From positions 1-56,523 of the forward strand of contig JBDRRP010000083.1 in assembly GCA_043825735.1 (NCBI GenBank): a DNA stretch of 56,523 bases. Reading direction: 5' to 3'. How positions within the stretch are numbered: position 1 is the first letter of the stretch; every line of letters begins with the position of its first letter. Source of the stretch: Pseudomonadota bacterium. GTDB lineage: Bacteria; Desulfobacterota; Desulfobacteria; Desulfobacterales; JBDRRP01. Shown here piece after piece: positions 28,890 through 39,616 of the stretch. Made by a program: the position numbers and the translations under genes. Below the pieces are notes generated by a model. That model ran no database searches. It was not told where the DNA came from and saw nothing but the letters and a program-made list of their open reading frames with translations.

Positions 28890-31457
28890 ATGAACACCAA
28901 GATCGACAATGCGGATGCCGGACCCAAACTGGGCACCTTCGGAGGCGTTTTCACGCCGAGCGTGCTGACCATTTTAGGCATCATTCTTTTTCTGCGACTG
29001 GGCTATGTGGTGGGCAGTGCCGGCCTCATGAAAGCCCTGATGATCATCGCCATCGCCAATGCCATATCGGTGCTCACCAGCATCTCGCTTTCGGCGGTGG
29101 CGACCAACCTGAAAGTGCGCGGCGGCGGCGACTACTATCTGATCTCCCGGACCCTTGGCCTCGAGTTCGGCGGCGCACTGGGCATCGTTCTGTTTCTGGC
29201 CCAGTCCGTATCCATCGCCTTTTACTGCATCGGTTTCGGGGAAGCGATGACCGCGATGTTGCCGGCGTCATTTTTGACCCCCCGGATCGTAGCGTTCGTG
29301 GCGGCCGGACTGCTCTTCGGGATGGCCTGGCTCGGGGCAGACTGGGCCACGAAGTTTCAGTATGTGGTCATGGTCCTTCTGGTCGCTTCGCTGGCTTCGT
29401 TTTTCGTGGGCGGCGCCCTTCACTGGGACAGTGCGGTGTTGGCGTCAAATTGGTCGGCGCCGTCATCGGGGCTGCCGTTCTGGACCCTGTTTGCCATCTT
29501 CTTTCCGGCTGTGACCGGCTTCACCCAGGGCGTCAGCATGTCCGGGGATCTCAAAGACCCGGGGAAAAGCCTTCCCCTGGGGACGTTTCTGGCCGTGGGC
29601 GTCTCCATCGTGATTTACTTCAGCGTAGCGGTGATCTTCGCCGCGGCCCTGCCGCTGGGCACCCTGTCCGGGGACTACGGCGCCATGAAAACCGTGGCAT
29701 TCTACGGCCCCCTCATCGACGCGGGTGTCATCGCCGCCACCCTCTCATCGGCCATGGCGTCATTTCTTGGCGCGCCGCGCATTCTCCAGTCCCTTGCCGG
29801 AGACAAAATCTTCAAATTCTTGAATCCGTTCGCCAAGGGCGTGGGGCCGGCCAACAACCCCCGTCGCGGCGTCCTGCTGTCCGCCGCCATCGCTGCGGTG
29901 ACCATCGCCGCCGGCAACCTCAACGTCATCGCGCCGGTGGTCTCCATGTTCTTTCTCATTTCCTACGGGCTGCTCAACTACGGCACCTACTTCGAGGCGC
30001 GCTCCGATAGTCCCTCGTTCCGGCCACGGTTCAAGTACTTCGACAGCCGGCTGAGCCTGCTGGGGGCGCTGGGCTGCCTGGGGGTGATGCTGGCCATCGA
30101 TATAGAGACCAGCCTCGTCGCCATCGCCATCCTGTTCGCCATCTACCAGTACCTGCAGCGCACCGCCGGACCGTCCCGTTGGGCCGACAGTCGCCGGTCC
30201 TACAGCCTCCAGCAGATCCGAAAGCACCTTTCCGAAGTGGCTTCCGATCCGGGCCACCACAGAGACTGGCGGCCCCACATCCTGGCATTCTCCAACGACC
30301 TCGAAAGGCGGCACCGACTGCTCAAATTCGCCGAAGCCATCGAGGGCCGCAGCGGGTTCACCACGATGGTGCACATTCTTGAAGGCACCGACACCCGCAT
30401 GATGCGGCGGCAGGTCGCCGAGGAGGAGGCGCTTCGAAAAGAACTTCGCAGTCAGGGAAACACGGCATTTCCCCTGGTGGTCTTCGCCCATGATTTCGAC
30501 AGCGGGCTCATGACCCTGGTGCAGTCCTACGGGGTGGGCCCGCTCAAAGCCAACACGCTGCTCATCAACTGGTACAGCCCAGGCACCGAAGGCAACAAGG
30601 AGCGGCGCGAACGGTTCAACCGGACCCTGGGCGGCGCGTTCCGGCTGGGGCTGAACATCGTCATCGCCAATTTCCAGGAACCCATCGAGACCATGACGAT
30701 CAGCGACGACCCCGCCGCAAGAACCATCGATGTCTGGTGGGAGGAAGACGCCACCGGACGGCTGTCGCTGCTGCTGGCCTACCTCATGACCCGCAACCCT
30801 GTGTGGGAGGAGGCCCGCATCCGGGTCATCACGGCTGCACCCGTGTACACGTCCCCCGACGGGCAGGCGCTGTTTAGGCAGATGGTGACCGATACCCGCA
30901 TCACTGCTGAACCGGTATTTCTTGAGGAAGCGACGCCCAAGGTCGTGGCCGATGTGTCGGCCGCCTCGGACGTGGTGTTCCTGCCCTTCCGCTTCCGTGG
31001 CGATCAGGTGCTGAGCCTGGCCGGGCTTACCGCGGCCGAGTTTCTGCGCTGGCTGCCGGCAACGGCCCTGGTGCGGGCAGCCGAGGACATCGACCTGGAC
31101 GCCGCCCCAGAGGCCGGCGAGGCCGGCCAGATGGCCGAGGCCGTCGATGCCGTCGATGCAGCGGCGGAAAAACGCAAGGCGGCTGAAAAAGATGCCCGGG
31201 AAGCTGAGCAGGCCGCAGCCGAGGCCGAAAACCTTTTACAGCGTCTCCGCGGAGAAAACGCCGACGCAGAGACCATCACCGAAGCGGAAAACGCGGCCCA
31301 GGCGGCCCATTCTGCTGCCGAGAAAGCTTCCCGGCGGGCTGCCAAGGCCCTGGCAAAAGAGGGTCATGCCAAAAAGGAAGCCGAGGAGATGGGCGCGATG
31401 CCTGAATCTCCGCCCGCAGACCCCGAGCCGGAATTCGATGCCGGAAATAACGATTAA
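28890..31457 (+). CDS. APC-superfamily cation-chloride cotransporter-like (SLC12/CCC) permease
   Basis: KLGTFGGVFTPS, LFLRLGYVVG, GGGDYYLISRTLGLEFGG, FFPAVTG, MSGDLKDP, SPSFRPRF, WRPHIL. GAGGAG RBS. Confidence 0.88.
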   Translation: MNTKIDNADAGPKLGTFGGVFTPSVLTILGIILFLRLGYVVGSAGLMKALMIIAIANAISVLTSISLSAVATNLKVRGGGDYYLISRTLGLEFGGALGIVLFLAQSVSIAFYCIGFGEAMTAMLPASFLTPRIVAFVAAGLLFGMAWLGADWATKFQYVVMVLLVASLASFFVGGALHWDSAVLASNWSAPSSGLPFWTLFAIFFPAVTGFTQGVSMSGDLKDPGKSLPLGTFLAVGVSIVIYFSVAVIFAAALPLGTLSGDYGAMKTVAFYGPLIDAGVIAATLSSAMASFLGAPRILQSLAGDKIFKFLNPFAKGVGPANNPRRGVLLSAAIAAVTIAAGNLNVIAPVVSMFFLISYGLLNYGTYFEARSDSPSFRPRFKYFDSRLSLLGALGCLGVMLAIDIETSLVAIAILFAIYQYLQRTAGPSRWADSRRSYSLQQIRKHLSEVASDPGHHRDWRPHILAFSNDLERRHRLLKFAEAIEGRSGFTTMVHILEGTDTRMMRRQVAEEEALRKELRSQGNTAFPLVVFAHDFDSGLMTLVQSYGVGPLKANTLLINWYSPGTEGNKERRERFNRTLGGAFRLGLNIVIANFQEPIETMTISDDPAARTIDVWWEEDATGRLSLLLAYLMTRNPVWEEARIRVITAAPVYTSPDGQALFRQMVTDTRITAEPVFLEEATPKVVADVSAASDVVFLPFRFRGDQVLSLAGLTAAEFLRWLPATALVRAAEDIDLDAAPEAGEAGQMAEAVDAVDAAAEKRKAAEKDAREAEQAAAEAENLLQRLRGENADAETITEAENAAQAAHSAAEKASRRAAKALAKEGHAKKEAEEMGAMPESPPADPEPEFDAGNND

Positions 31458-31514
31458 CCCGCGGCAAGCCGCATGGCTGAAAGTGCGCGTCTATTGTGAT
31501 TGCCACACATCCGC

Positions 31515-32777
31515 TCACATGCGCCGCTGGCTTTGCGGGTATTCCTCGCCGATGACCGATGGGTCGTAAAGATCAGGAAAGTAGAACGGCAGCACCGACA
31601 GCGGCAATCCGATGGTCAACGGCGCCCGGTGGCTTTTGGACCGAAGCAATCCTTCGTTCAGCAGCGCACTGACCGCTCGCCGGGCGCTGCGTTCACTCAT
31701 GTTGAGGATGTCCGAGGCTTTCCCCCGGGCGATGGCACCACGCATGAATACCGCTCTGAGCAGTTTTGCCGCCTCGGGACGAATCGGTTGAGTGCTTTGT
31801 TGTCGACGGTTTTCCACATACCAGTCGATGCGGGCCTCTATCTGGTCGAGCCGCAGCAACTTTTCCATGAACCCGATTTGATCGAGGCAGATGTTAAAGA
31901 AGAACTCACAAAAATCGGCCAGCAAATCTTCGTTGAAGAGATGAGGCCGTGCACTATCCGGCGAGTCCGTGGCCCACAGCTCGAACATGTATTGTTTTTT
32001 ATTTCTCGATAGCCCTCTGGACAGCGACCACAAATTCCCCTTATTAATTCCGGATACCGCCAAATAAAGACCGGAGAAAAGGCGCGTTACCCGTCCATTG
32101 CCGTCCCTGAATGGATGGATCCAGGTCAACCGGTGGTGGCTCGCAGCCATGGCAACGAGCCGGTCATCACCGTGAAAGCGATCGGGCGAATAAGCGCGCG
32201 CAAATTCATCCAGCAGCGATGGAAGAGATTGACAGTTCGGCCCGTGCATGGACCTCCCGTCTACGGACACATCGACATCCCGCAGCCTGCCCGGGTTTAC
32301 CGGAAATCGGGTAAAGCCTCCGCCGGTGTGCGTATACAGGTGCGCATCGGGCAAATGGGAATAAAAGCCGGCGTGCAGGTCACACAGGAACTGCCGGTCG
32401 CAGACATTGGGGCAAGGCGCTGCGGCGACGCGTTGCATGAACTGTTTTTCAACCTGGACATGTGCGGCGCAAAGCTCCTGAGCGTATTGCTTTTCCGGAT
32501 TCAGGTCGAATTTGTTTTTCAATGCCGATTCGATTTCCGGAATGGTGGTTTTGTGACCTTCGATCAGGTTACTGTAATAACTATTGACGAGCCGCAGCCG
32601 ATCACCGAGCGCCTCGGCGGTTTCCCGCGCCACCCGGCCTTCCAGGCGGGCGGAAGCAGCGATGATTTCCTGGGCCATGTCCTTCAGCGGCCCACTGCTT
32701 TTCTTCCCGGGCATAACAGGGGCCAGCACATGAGACATTTTTTTGGCCGGTTTACTGGCCGGTTTAATTTTTTTCAT
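31515..32777 (-). CDS. Fic family protein (class II, C-terminal HTH)
   Basis: HPFRDGNGRVTR active site and N-terminal inhibitory SNLIEG. True start may be the ATG at 32738. Confidence 0.9.
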   Translation of the reverse strand: MKKIKPASKPAKKMSHVLAPVMPGKKSSGPLKDMAQEIIAASARLEGRVARETAEALGDRLRLVNSYYSNLIEGHKTTIPEIESALKNKFDLNPEKQYAQELCAAHVQVEKQFMQRVAAAPCPNVCDRQFLCDLHAGFYSHLPDAHLYTHTGGGFTRFPVNPGRLRDVDVSVDGRSMHGPNCQSLPSLLDEFARAYSPDRFHGDDRLVAMAASHHRLTWIHPFRDGNGRVTRLFSGLYLAVSGINKGNLWSLSRGLSRNKKQYMFELWATDSPDSARPHLFNEDLLADFCEFFFNICLDQIGFMEKLLRLDQIEARIDWYVENRRQQSTQPIRPEAAKLLRAVFMRGAIARGKASDILNMSERSARRAVSALLNEGLLRSKSHRAPLTIGLPLSVLPFYFPDLYDPSVIGEEYPQSQRRM

Positions 32778-33098
32778 AATACACAGTTATATAACAATAT
32801 ACCTAATTTTAAACAATTATTTATAACCGTATTTAGACATCATTTTGGCCGGTTCAATTTTCGAACGTCGGGGATCATCCTAACGCGCGCGCCGTCCGCA
32901 CAGTACGTGACGTCTCTGCGACGCGCATTCGGGAAGTCGTAAGTGGCGGTGAGCAAACATCGCCGGGCGTATGATAAATGGGTCTTTTTGTGTATATAAT
33001 ATCAGTGTTCACAAGAAAGGTGCTCCAATACCCGGTGTCGGCAGGCGCACGTGAGTTTTACCGCCCTGAAAACGATACTCAAGGCAACAGGGGGAACA

Positions 33099-34166
33099 AT
33101 GACACGATTTATCAAACTGTCCACCCATAAGAAGGCCGGCGCTGCCCCGGGGACCCTGGTCCACGTGGGCGAAAAAAAAATGGAAACCACCCACATCTCC
33201 CTGCTCGACTACGATGCGGATCACCTCGCCGAGCGGCACATCGAAGACCTCGACGATCTGCTGCCCCTGAAGGCAAGCCCCACCACCAGCTGGATCGATG
33301 TGGTGGGGATCCACGACGTCAAGCGCATCGAATGGCTGGGCAGCCTCTTCGACATCCATCCCCTGGTCCAGGAAGACATTCTCAACACCGGCCAGCGGCC
33401 CAAAATGGAAAATTTCGACGACTACCTTTTCGTGTGCATCAAGATGCTGTCCTTCGACCCGGCAGCCGGCCACATCGCCAGCGAGCAGGTGAGTCTGGTG
33501 ATCGGGCCGCACTACCTGATCACTTTTCAGGAGGTGGCCGGTGATTGTTTCGAGCCCGTCCGGGAGCGGATCCGCAAGGGCAAGCTGCGCATCCGCCTGG
33601 GAGGGCCCGGCTACCTGGCCTATGCCATTTTGGACGCGGTGGTAGATCACTACTTCACGGTCCTCGAACAAATCGGCATCGAAATCGAGGCGCTCGAAGA
33701 GGCCGTGCTCACCGACACCTCGCCGGAAACGCGGGAAACGCTTCATCGAATGAAAAATGAGATGCTCTTGTTCCGCAAGCTGGCCTGGCCGGTAAGGGAA
33801 CTCATCAGCCGGTTGACCAAGGAGGAAAGCGATCTCATCGATGAAAAGACCGGTGTCTACTTCAACGACGTGCACGATCACGCCATCCAGGTCATCGACA
33901 CCATCGAATCCTACCGCGACATGCTTTCGGGAATGATGGACCTTTACCTGACGACCATGAGCAACCGGATGAACGAGGTCATGAAGGTGCTCACCATCAT
34001 CGCCACCATCTTCATCCCACTGACCTTCATGGCCGGCGTCTACGGCATGAACTTCAAGTACATGCCGGAGCTGGAATGGCCCTGGGCCTATTTCGCCCTG
34101 TGGGCAGCGATGATCGCAGTGGCCCTCGCCATGGTCTCTTTTTTCCGGCGGAAGGGCTGGCTCTGA
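33099..34166 (+). CDS. corA: Magnesium/cobalt transporter CorA
   Basis: HPLVQEDI, QRPK, YGMNF, MPEL, two C-terminal TM helices. Confidence 0.95.
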   Translation: MTRFIKLSTHKKAGAAPGTLVHVGEKKMETTHISLLDYDADHLAERHIEDLDDLLPLKASPTTSWIDVVGIHDVKRIEWLGSLFDIHPLVQEDILNTGQRPKMENFDDYLFVCIKMLSFDPAAGHIASEQVSLVIGPHYLITFQEVAGDCFEPVRERIRKGKLRIRLGGPGYLAYAILDAVVDHYFTVLEQIGIEIEALEEAVLTDTSPETRETLHRMKNEMLLFRKLAWPVRELISRLTKEESDLIDEKTGVYFNDVHDHAIQVIDTIESYRDMLSGMMDLYLTTMSNRMNEVMKVLTIIATIFIPLTFMAGVYGMNFKYMPELEWPWAYFALWAAMIAVALAMVSFFRRKGWL

Positions 34167-34288
34167 GCGCCGGGCGAATCCCCCGCCGGTTTATAAATAC
34201 CGCCGGGCATGCTATGAGGCGTTGCCGGCAGGTATTGAACCGCAAAATGCTTCTGGGATCCTGTGGTTCCGGAAAAAAGTCCGGAATC

Positions 34289-34358
34289 ACCACAGAGAAA
34301 ACAGAGCGCGCAGAGACAGCCCATCACCATTTGGTTTTTCTCTGTGGTTCTCTGCGGT
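34289..34358. repeat. Periodic-unit inverted repeat element
   Basis: ACCACAGAGAAAACAGAGCGCGCAGAGA / TCTCTGTGGTTCTCTGCGGT. Confidence 0.7.
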
Positions 34359-34399
34359 TGAAAAGTACTTCTGGGTTTCTTCAAACTTGAGCTTTTTTC

Positions 34400-35974
34400 A
34401 TGTCCAACGCCACCGCCACCGCAAGTCGCATCACCCTGCCGTCCCTCTTCTGGGCCGCCCTGTCGGGGGCGCTTCTCACCGGCGCATTCCCGGACATCGG
34501 CCTGGCCCCGCTGGCTGCCGTGGGACTGGCGCCGCTCCTTATGGCCCTTCGCAACCAAGGTCTTAAAAACGGTTTTTTATTGGGCTGGACCGCCGGCATG
34601 GTTCACCATCTCACCCTGCTCTACTGGACCGCCTACACCATGCACGTCTACGGCCTTCTGCCCTGGGCGCTGAGCATCCCGGTGCTGGTGCTGCTGGCCG
34701 CCTACCTGTCCCTTTACACGGGTGTTTTCGCAGCGCTGGCGGCACGCCTCCACGACAGGCCCGCCTGGTTCCTGGCGGGAACGCCCTGCGTCTGGGTGGC
34801 CTTGGAATATATCCGTGCCCATGCGCTCACCGGCTTTCCGTGGGCGCAGTTGGGCACCAGCCTCGGTGACTGGCCGGTGATCATACAGATGGCTGACGTC
34901 ACCGGTGTCTACGGCCTTTCGTTTCTGCTGGTGCTGGTCAACGCCGCCGCCACCCTGCTTTGGCGAACCATTTCTGAAAAACCGGCGCAGCCGCCCGCGC
35001 TTGTGCGCAAGCAGGCCGCCGCCGCCGTCTCGGCGGCGCTAATCGCGGTCTTTGCCGCCGTCCTCTACGGAACCTGGCGCCTGGCCGAAGTGGAGGCCCG
35101 CATGAAGACCGCACCCTCGGTGCGGGTGGCTGTGATCCAGGGCAATATCGACCAGGCGGTCAAATGGGATCGGCAGTTTCTTAATGCCACTATCGCCACG
35201 TATTTGGATCTCAGCCGCACGGCAGCCACACGACGGCCCGATCTCATCGTATGGCCCGAAACCGCCACGCCCTACTACTATGGACACCAGCCGGAAATGG
35301 ACGCCGTGATCGATGCCGGCATCCGCCAGGTAAACGCCTATTTTCTCATCGGCACCCCCACTTACACCCGGGACGCCGGCGGACTGGCCTATTTCAACAC
35401 CGCCCAACTCACCGATCCGGCCGCCCGTCCGGCCGGCAGCTACAGTAAAGTGCATCTGGTACCCTTTGGTGAATACGTGCCACTGAAACGGTGGCTGCCG
35501 TTTATTGGCAAAATGGTGGCCCAGGTGGGAGACTTTACGACCGGCCGGCCCGGAGAAACCCTGCCGTGGCCCAAAGGACGTATCGGCGCACAGATCTGCT
35601 ATGAAATCATTTTCCCGGGCCCGTCCCGCCAGATGGTCCGTAACGGAGCCGATCTGCTGGTCAATATCACCAATGATGCATGGTTCGGCCGCACCGGAGC
35701 TCCCTACCAGCATTTCGCCATGGCCGCCTTTCGGGCCGTCGAAAACCGCCGCGCGCTGGTCCGGGCCGCCAATACCGGTGTCAGCGGCTTTGTTTCGCCG
35801 ACCGGGCGTCCGCTGTCGACGACCCCGCTCTTTGAGGCGACCATCGCCACAGCGGATCTGCCGCGACTCACCATGACGACGATCTACACGCGGTTCGGCG
35901 ACGCCTTTGCCGTCCTCTGCCTCGTGGCTGCCACTATCCTGGCCTGGCGCAGCACCCGATGGCAGCGGCATTGA
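34400..35974 (+). CDS. lnt: Apolipoprotein N-acyltransferase
   Basis: TGFPW, QGNI, WPETA, KVHLVPFGEYVP, ICYE, TNDAWFG, RAVENRR, RAANTG. Confidence 0.96.
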   Translation: MSNATATASRITLPSLFWAALSGALLTGAFPDIGLAPLAAVGLAPLLMALRNQGLKNGFLLGWTAGMVHHLTLLYWTAYTMHVYGLLPWALSIPVLVLLAAYLSLYTGVFAALAARLHDRPAWFLAGTPCVWVALEYIRAHALTGFPWAQLGTSLGDWPVIIQMADVTGVYGLSFLLVLVNAAATLLWRTISEKPAQPPALVRKQAAAAVSAALIAVFAAVLYGTWRLAEVEARMKTAPSVRVAVIQGNIDQAVKWDRQFLNATIATYLDLSRTAATRRPDLIVWPETATPYYYGHQPEMDAVIDAGIRQVNAYFLIGTPTYTRDAGGLAYFNTAQLTDPAARPAGSYSKVHLVPFGEYVPLKRWLPFIGKMVAQVGDFTTGRPGETLPWPKGRIGAQICYEIIFPGPSRQMVRNGADLLVNITNDAWFGRTGAPYQHFAMAAFRAVENRRALVRAANTGVSGFVSPTGRPLSTTPLFEATIATADLPRLTMTTIYTRFGDAFAVLCLVAATILAWRSTRWQRH

Positions 35975-36004
35975 ATATCATCTTTTGATCCCCAAGATCC
36001 TCTC

Positions 36005-36071
36005 GGGGTCGGGATCGAAACCGATGTTTTCCCTGGCCGATACCGATACCGGTAGCGAAAGCGATTTCGAT
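36005..36071. repeat. 6-nt periodic (SCGATW) intergenic repeat
   Basis: CCGATA CCGATA CCGGTA GCGAAA GCGATT TCGAT with a partial inverted arm GGGTCGGGATCG. Related to 51707-51746. Confidence 0.65.
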
Positions 36072-36231
36072 GCTCACCAGAAGTTGTTGTGCAAACGGAA
36101 CGTATTTATGTCATCAGCTCTAAACTCGTACGCCCCCTCGTGAATCCCCTTGCGCCTCATGGTATGCGTGTTATAAAGTGCTGGTTTACAAAAATAATCG
36201 TCACCCCCCATGACAGGAGGAGGCAGGCGCC

Positions 36232-37330
36232 ATGTCCACCGAGATCAAGCAGTCCATCATCGCTCTGAGTCGCAAACTCGAAGATCTCAAGGAGTATCTT
36301 TGACCTGCCTGTCAAGGAAAAGCGACTCCAGGAAATCGAACGCCTCATGGCCAAGGACGGCTTCTGGGACCATCCCGAGGATTCTGCGGCCATACTCAAA
36401 GAGCGCACCGCCATCACCAACAGCGCCGGCACCTTCAAGACGCTTACCGCAGAGTTGGAAGAACACGAGCTGATGCTCGAAATGGCCGAGGAGGAGCAAG
36501 ACACAGCCACGGCTGACGAAGTGGGCAGGCAGATCGCCGATTTCGAAAAACGGCTTAACCGGCTCCACCTCGAGCTAACGCTCAACGGCCCCGACGATGG
36601 CAACAACGCCATCATCTCGATCAACGCCGGCGCCGGCGGCACCGAGGCCCAGGACTGGGCAGAGATGCTGATGCGCATGTATTTGCGCTGGATCGAGCGC
36701 CACCAGTACAGCTCCCAGATCATCGATTACCAGCCCGGCGAGGAAGCCGGCATCAAAAGCACCACCATCACCGTTACCGGCGACAACGCTTACGGGTTTC
36801 TCAAAACCGAAAACGGCGTTCACCGTCTGGTGCGCATCTCGCCATTCAATGCCAGCGGCAAACGGCACACCTCTTTTGCCTCGGTTTTCGTCTATCCGGA
36901 GGTGGATAAGGAAATTAACATCGAAGTGGAAGACAAGGACCTGCGGATCGACGTATTCCGCGCCAGCGGTGCCGGTGGCCAGCACGTCAACAAGACGTCC
37001 AGCGCGGTGCGGATCACCCACATGCCCTCGGGCATCGTGGTACAGTGCCAGCAGGAAAAGTCCCAGCACCGGAACAAAGATATGGCCATGAAAGTCCTAA
37101 AGGCACGGCTCTACCGGGAAGAGCAGCGAAAACAGGAAGCTGAAATGCAAAAGCTCCATGACGGCAAGGATGATATCGCCTGGGGCAACCAGATCCGCTC
37201 CTATGTGCTTCAGCCCTACCAGATGGTCAAAGACCACCGTATCGGGCTGGACATCGGCAACGTGAACGCGGTGCTCGACGGCAACATCGACCCCTTTATC
37301 GAAGGGGTGCTGCTGGCCAAAAAACACTGA
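36232..37330 (+). CDS. prfB: Peptide chain release factor 2 (programmed +1 frameshift)
   Basis: 23 codons to AGGAG-TAT-CTT-TGA-C (36290-36304), then the +1 frame with SPF and GGQ motifs. About 365 aa. Confidence 0.97.
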
Positions 37331-37378
37331 CCCCGCTGTAAGGCTCAATGTTGACTGCTTCAAAAAAAGTATGAAATC

Positions 37379-37459
37379 ACCACAGAGGACGCAGAGAGCG
37401 CAGAGATAACCCATAAATAATTCATTATATTCTCTGTGGTTCTCTGTGATCTCTGCGTT
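37379..37459. repeat. Periodic-unit inverted repeat element
   Basis: ACCACAGAGGACGCAGAGAGCGCAGAGA / TCTCTGTGGTTCTCTGTGATCTCTGCGTT. Confidence 0.75.
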
Positions 37460-37515
37460 TCAAAATCACCTGTTCGTTTAAAATTTCTATTTATTGATAG
37501 ACACGGTACTAACCA

Positions 37516-38073
37516 GTGGACCCTATCGCCATCATCGACCGGTTTTACCCACCGGACAGCATCGCCCGAAAGATACTGCTGGTCCACGGCCGGCAGGTGG
37601 CTGACAAGGCCCTGGCCGTGGCGCAAGGACTCCCCGAATTGAACCCGGATCTGGCCTTCATCGAAGCCGCCGCCCTGCTCCACGACATCGGCATGATCCG
37701 CACCCGGGTGCCGGAACTGGACTGCCGCGGCAAGGCTCCCTATATCCAGCACGGCATCATCGGCCGCGAGATGCTCGAATCGGTGGGAATGGTCAAACAC
37801 GCATTGGTCTGCGAGCGCCATGTGGGCGTGGGCATCACTGTGGAAGACATCCGCGAGCAGCGCCTCCCTCTGCCCGAACGGGACATGCGGCCCGTCACGC
37901 TGGAAGAACAGATCATCTGCTACGCCGACAAATTCTTCTCCAAAAAGCCGGGTGGCGACATGGCCCCTGAAAAAAACATCGAGAAAATCAGCAAGAAGCT
38001 GCTGCGCCGGGGCAACGGGCATTACAAGCGGTTCGCCGATTGGGTGGCACGGTTCGACAAAATCACCGGATAA
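37516..38073 (+). CDS. HD-domain (HDIG) phosphohydrolase
   Basis: LLVHG, LLHDIG, CERH, CYADKFFSK. Confidence 0.88.
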   Translation: MDPIAIIDRFYPPDSIARKILLVHGRQVADKALAVAQGLPELNPDLAFIEAAALLHDIGMIRTRVPELDCRGKAPYIQHGIIGREMLESVGMVKHALVCERHVGVGITVEDIREQRLPLPERDMRPVTLEEQIICYADKFFSKKPGGDMAPEKNIEKISKKLLRRGNGHYKRFADWVARFDKITG

Positions 38074-38091
38074 CGCGGCCCCCGCTCCGGG

Positions 38092-39492
38092 TCATCGAAT
38101 GCCGGTGAGACTCCGACGACACGCCAGCCCCCCTGCCAGGACCACCACCACGGCGAGCATCCCCCACAGCGCGGCGGAAAAACCAAGATGCGGCGTCCCG
38201 TCAGCGGCCCCCGCAGCATAAAGCCCGCTGAACAGGGTGCTGCCCAGGGCCGCCCCCACTGGCATAATCACGGTGTTCAGGGCTGAATACATCCCTTCCG
38301 AGCCCTTGGGCGCCGCCTTCACGATCACCACGGACGTGGTCACCAGAAATGCGGCCTGCCCCAATCCGAAAAACACCATGACCACCCACAAAAGCCCCCC
38401 GGGCTGCCTGGGATCGAGAACGAGCCCGCCGCCGATGGCCGCGGCCACAAAGATCAAGGCCACCCCCAGAATCTTCCACGGGCTGCGCCGATCCACGAGT
38501 CGGCCCACACTCGGCGTCGTGACCAGCATGGCCATGGAAAGCACCATCAGCACGCTCCCGATACGGGCCGTCGAAAACCCGACGCCGCGCTCCAGAAAAA
38601 AGGGAAAAACCATGACCCATCCCTGCATGGTCATCTGGAGCGTTCCCTTGGCGGCCACCGCCGCGGTGACATCCGGATTCCGGAAAACATCGAACCGTAG
38701 CAGGGGATCGGAATGGCGACGCTGGCTGCGCATAAACCCCGCCACGCAAAAGATGGCGGCGGCCAGAAAGAGCAGCGTCTCGGGCGCCCGCCAGTGACCG
38801 GCGGCCAACCGCCCCAGACCGGTCAGCAGCAGCGGGAACCCCGCCATGCACCACAGGGCGCCCTGCCAGTCCAGGCGCTTTCGCCAATCGGCGCCATGGC
38901 GCTCGCTTTCAGCGACCACCGGAGGGCCGCCCAAGCCCATCAGTGCGGCGCCCAGGAGTCCCACCGGCACCTGGACCAAAAATATCCAGTGCCATGCCAC
39001 CTGCTGGAGAAGCCATCCGCCGATAGGCGGCCCGCTGGCATTGCCCAGCCCCAGGGCCATCATCATCACTCCCATGACACTACCGATGCGGTTTGGGGGA
39101 AACCGCCGCATCACCACAGCACCCGAAGCGGCGGCGCTCATGGCGCCCCCCAATCCCTGAATCACCCGCGCCGCCAGCAGCATCTCGAACCGGGTGCTCA
39201 TGGCACACAGAAAAGAGCTCAGTGAAAACACCAGCAACCCCATGGCAAAAACCGATTCGGCCCGCCACAGATCCACCCACCGGCCGAAAAAAAGCAGGGT
39301 TGCGGCCATCGCCGCCACATAGCCGGTAACCACGATGGCCACCCCTGTCACCGGCACGCCGAAGGTGTCAGCCAGGGTGGGCAGCATCACGTTCACCACC
39401 GACATGTCCAGTCCGGCAATAAACAGGCCGATTACCAGGGCAACCATGATGCGGCCGTTTCCGCCGGTGGGTGTTTCAGCAGATGGTTTCAT
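38092..39492 (-). CDS. MFS transporter (DHA2-like, 14 TM)
   Basis: LDMSVVNVMLP, GRWVDLW, ARVIQGLGGA, GPPIGG, WHWIFLV. Confidence 0.9.
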   Translation of the reverse strand: MKPSAETPTGGNGRIMVALVIGLFIAGLDMSVVNVMLPTLADTFGVPVTGVAIVVTGYVAAMAATLLFFGRWVDLWRAESVFAMGLLVFSLSSFLCAMSTRFEMLLAARVIQGLGGAMSAAASGAVVMRRFPPNRIGSVMGVMMMALGLGNASGPPIGGWLLQQVAWHWIFLVQVPVGLLGAALMGLGGPPVVAESERHGADWRKRLDWQGALWCMAGFPLLLTGLGRLAAGHWRAPETLLFLAAAIFCVAGFMRSQRRHSDPLLRFDVFRNPDVTAAVAAKGTLQMTMQGWVMVFPFFLERGVGFSTARIGSVLMVLSMAMLVTTPSVGRLVDRRSPWKILGVALIFVAAAIGGGLVLDPRQPGGLLWVVMVFFGLGQAAFLVTTSVVIVKAAPKGSEGMYSALNTVIMPVGAALGSTLFSGLYAAGAADGTPHLGFSAALWGMLAVVVVLAGGLACRRSLTGIR

Positions 39493-39616
39493 ATGCGTCA
39501 GTTGATCCTGAATACGTCAGAGATAGTTACCCTTAAACGTAGGTATCATACACGGTTCGAACGGCAATCGACAGGGGTAAGCATATAATCAGCGTCCCCA
39601 AGGGAGGCATCTTGCT

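Noticed and set aside
36232..36346. prfB as a frameshifted pseudogene
   Set aside because: Canonical programmed frameshift signal is present.
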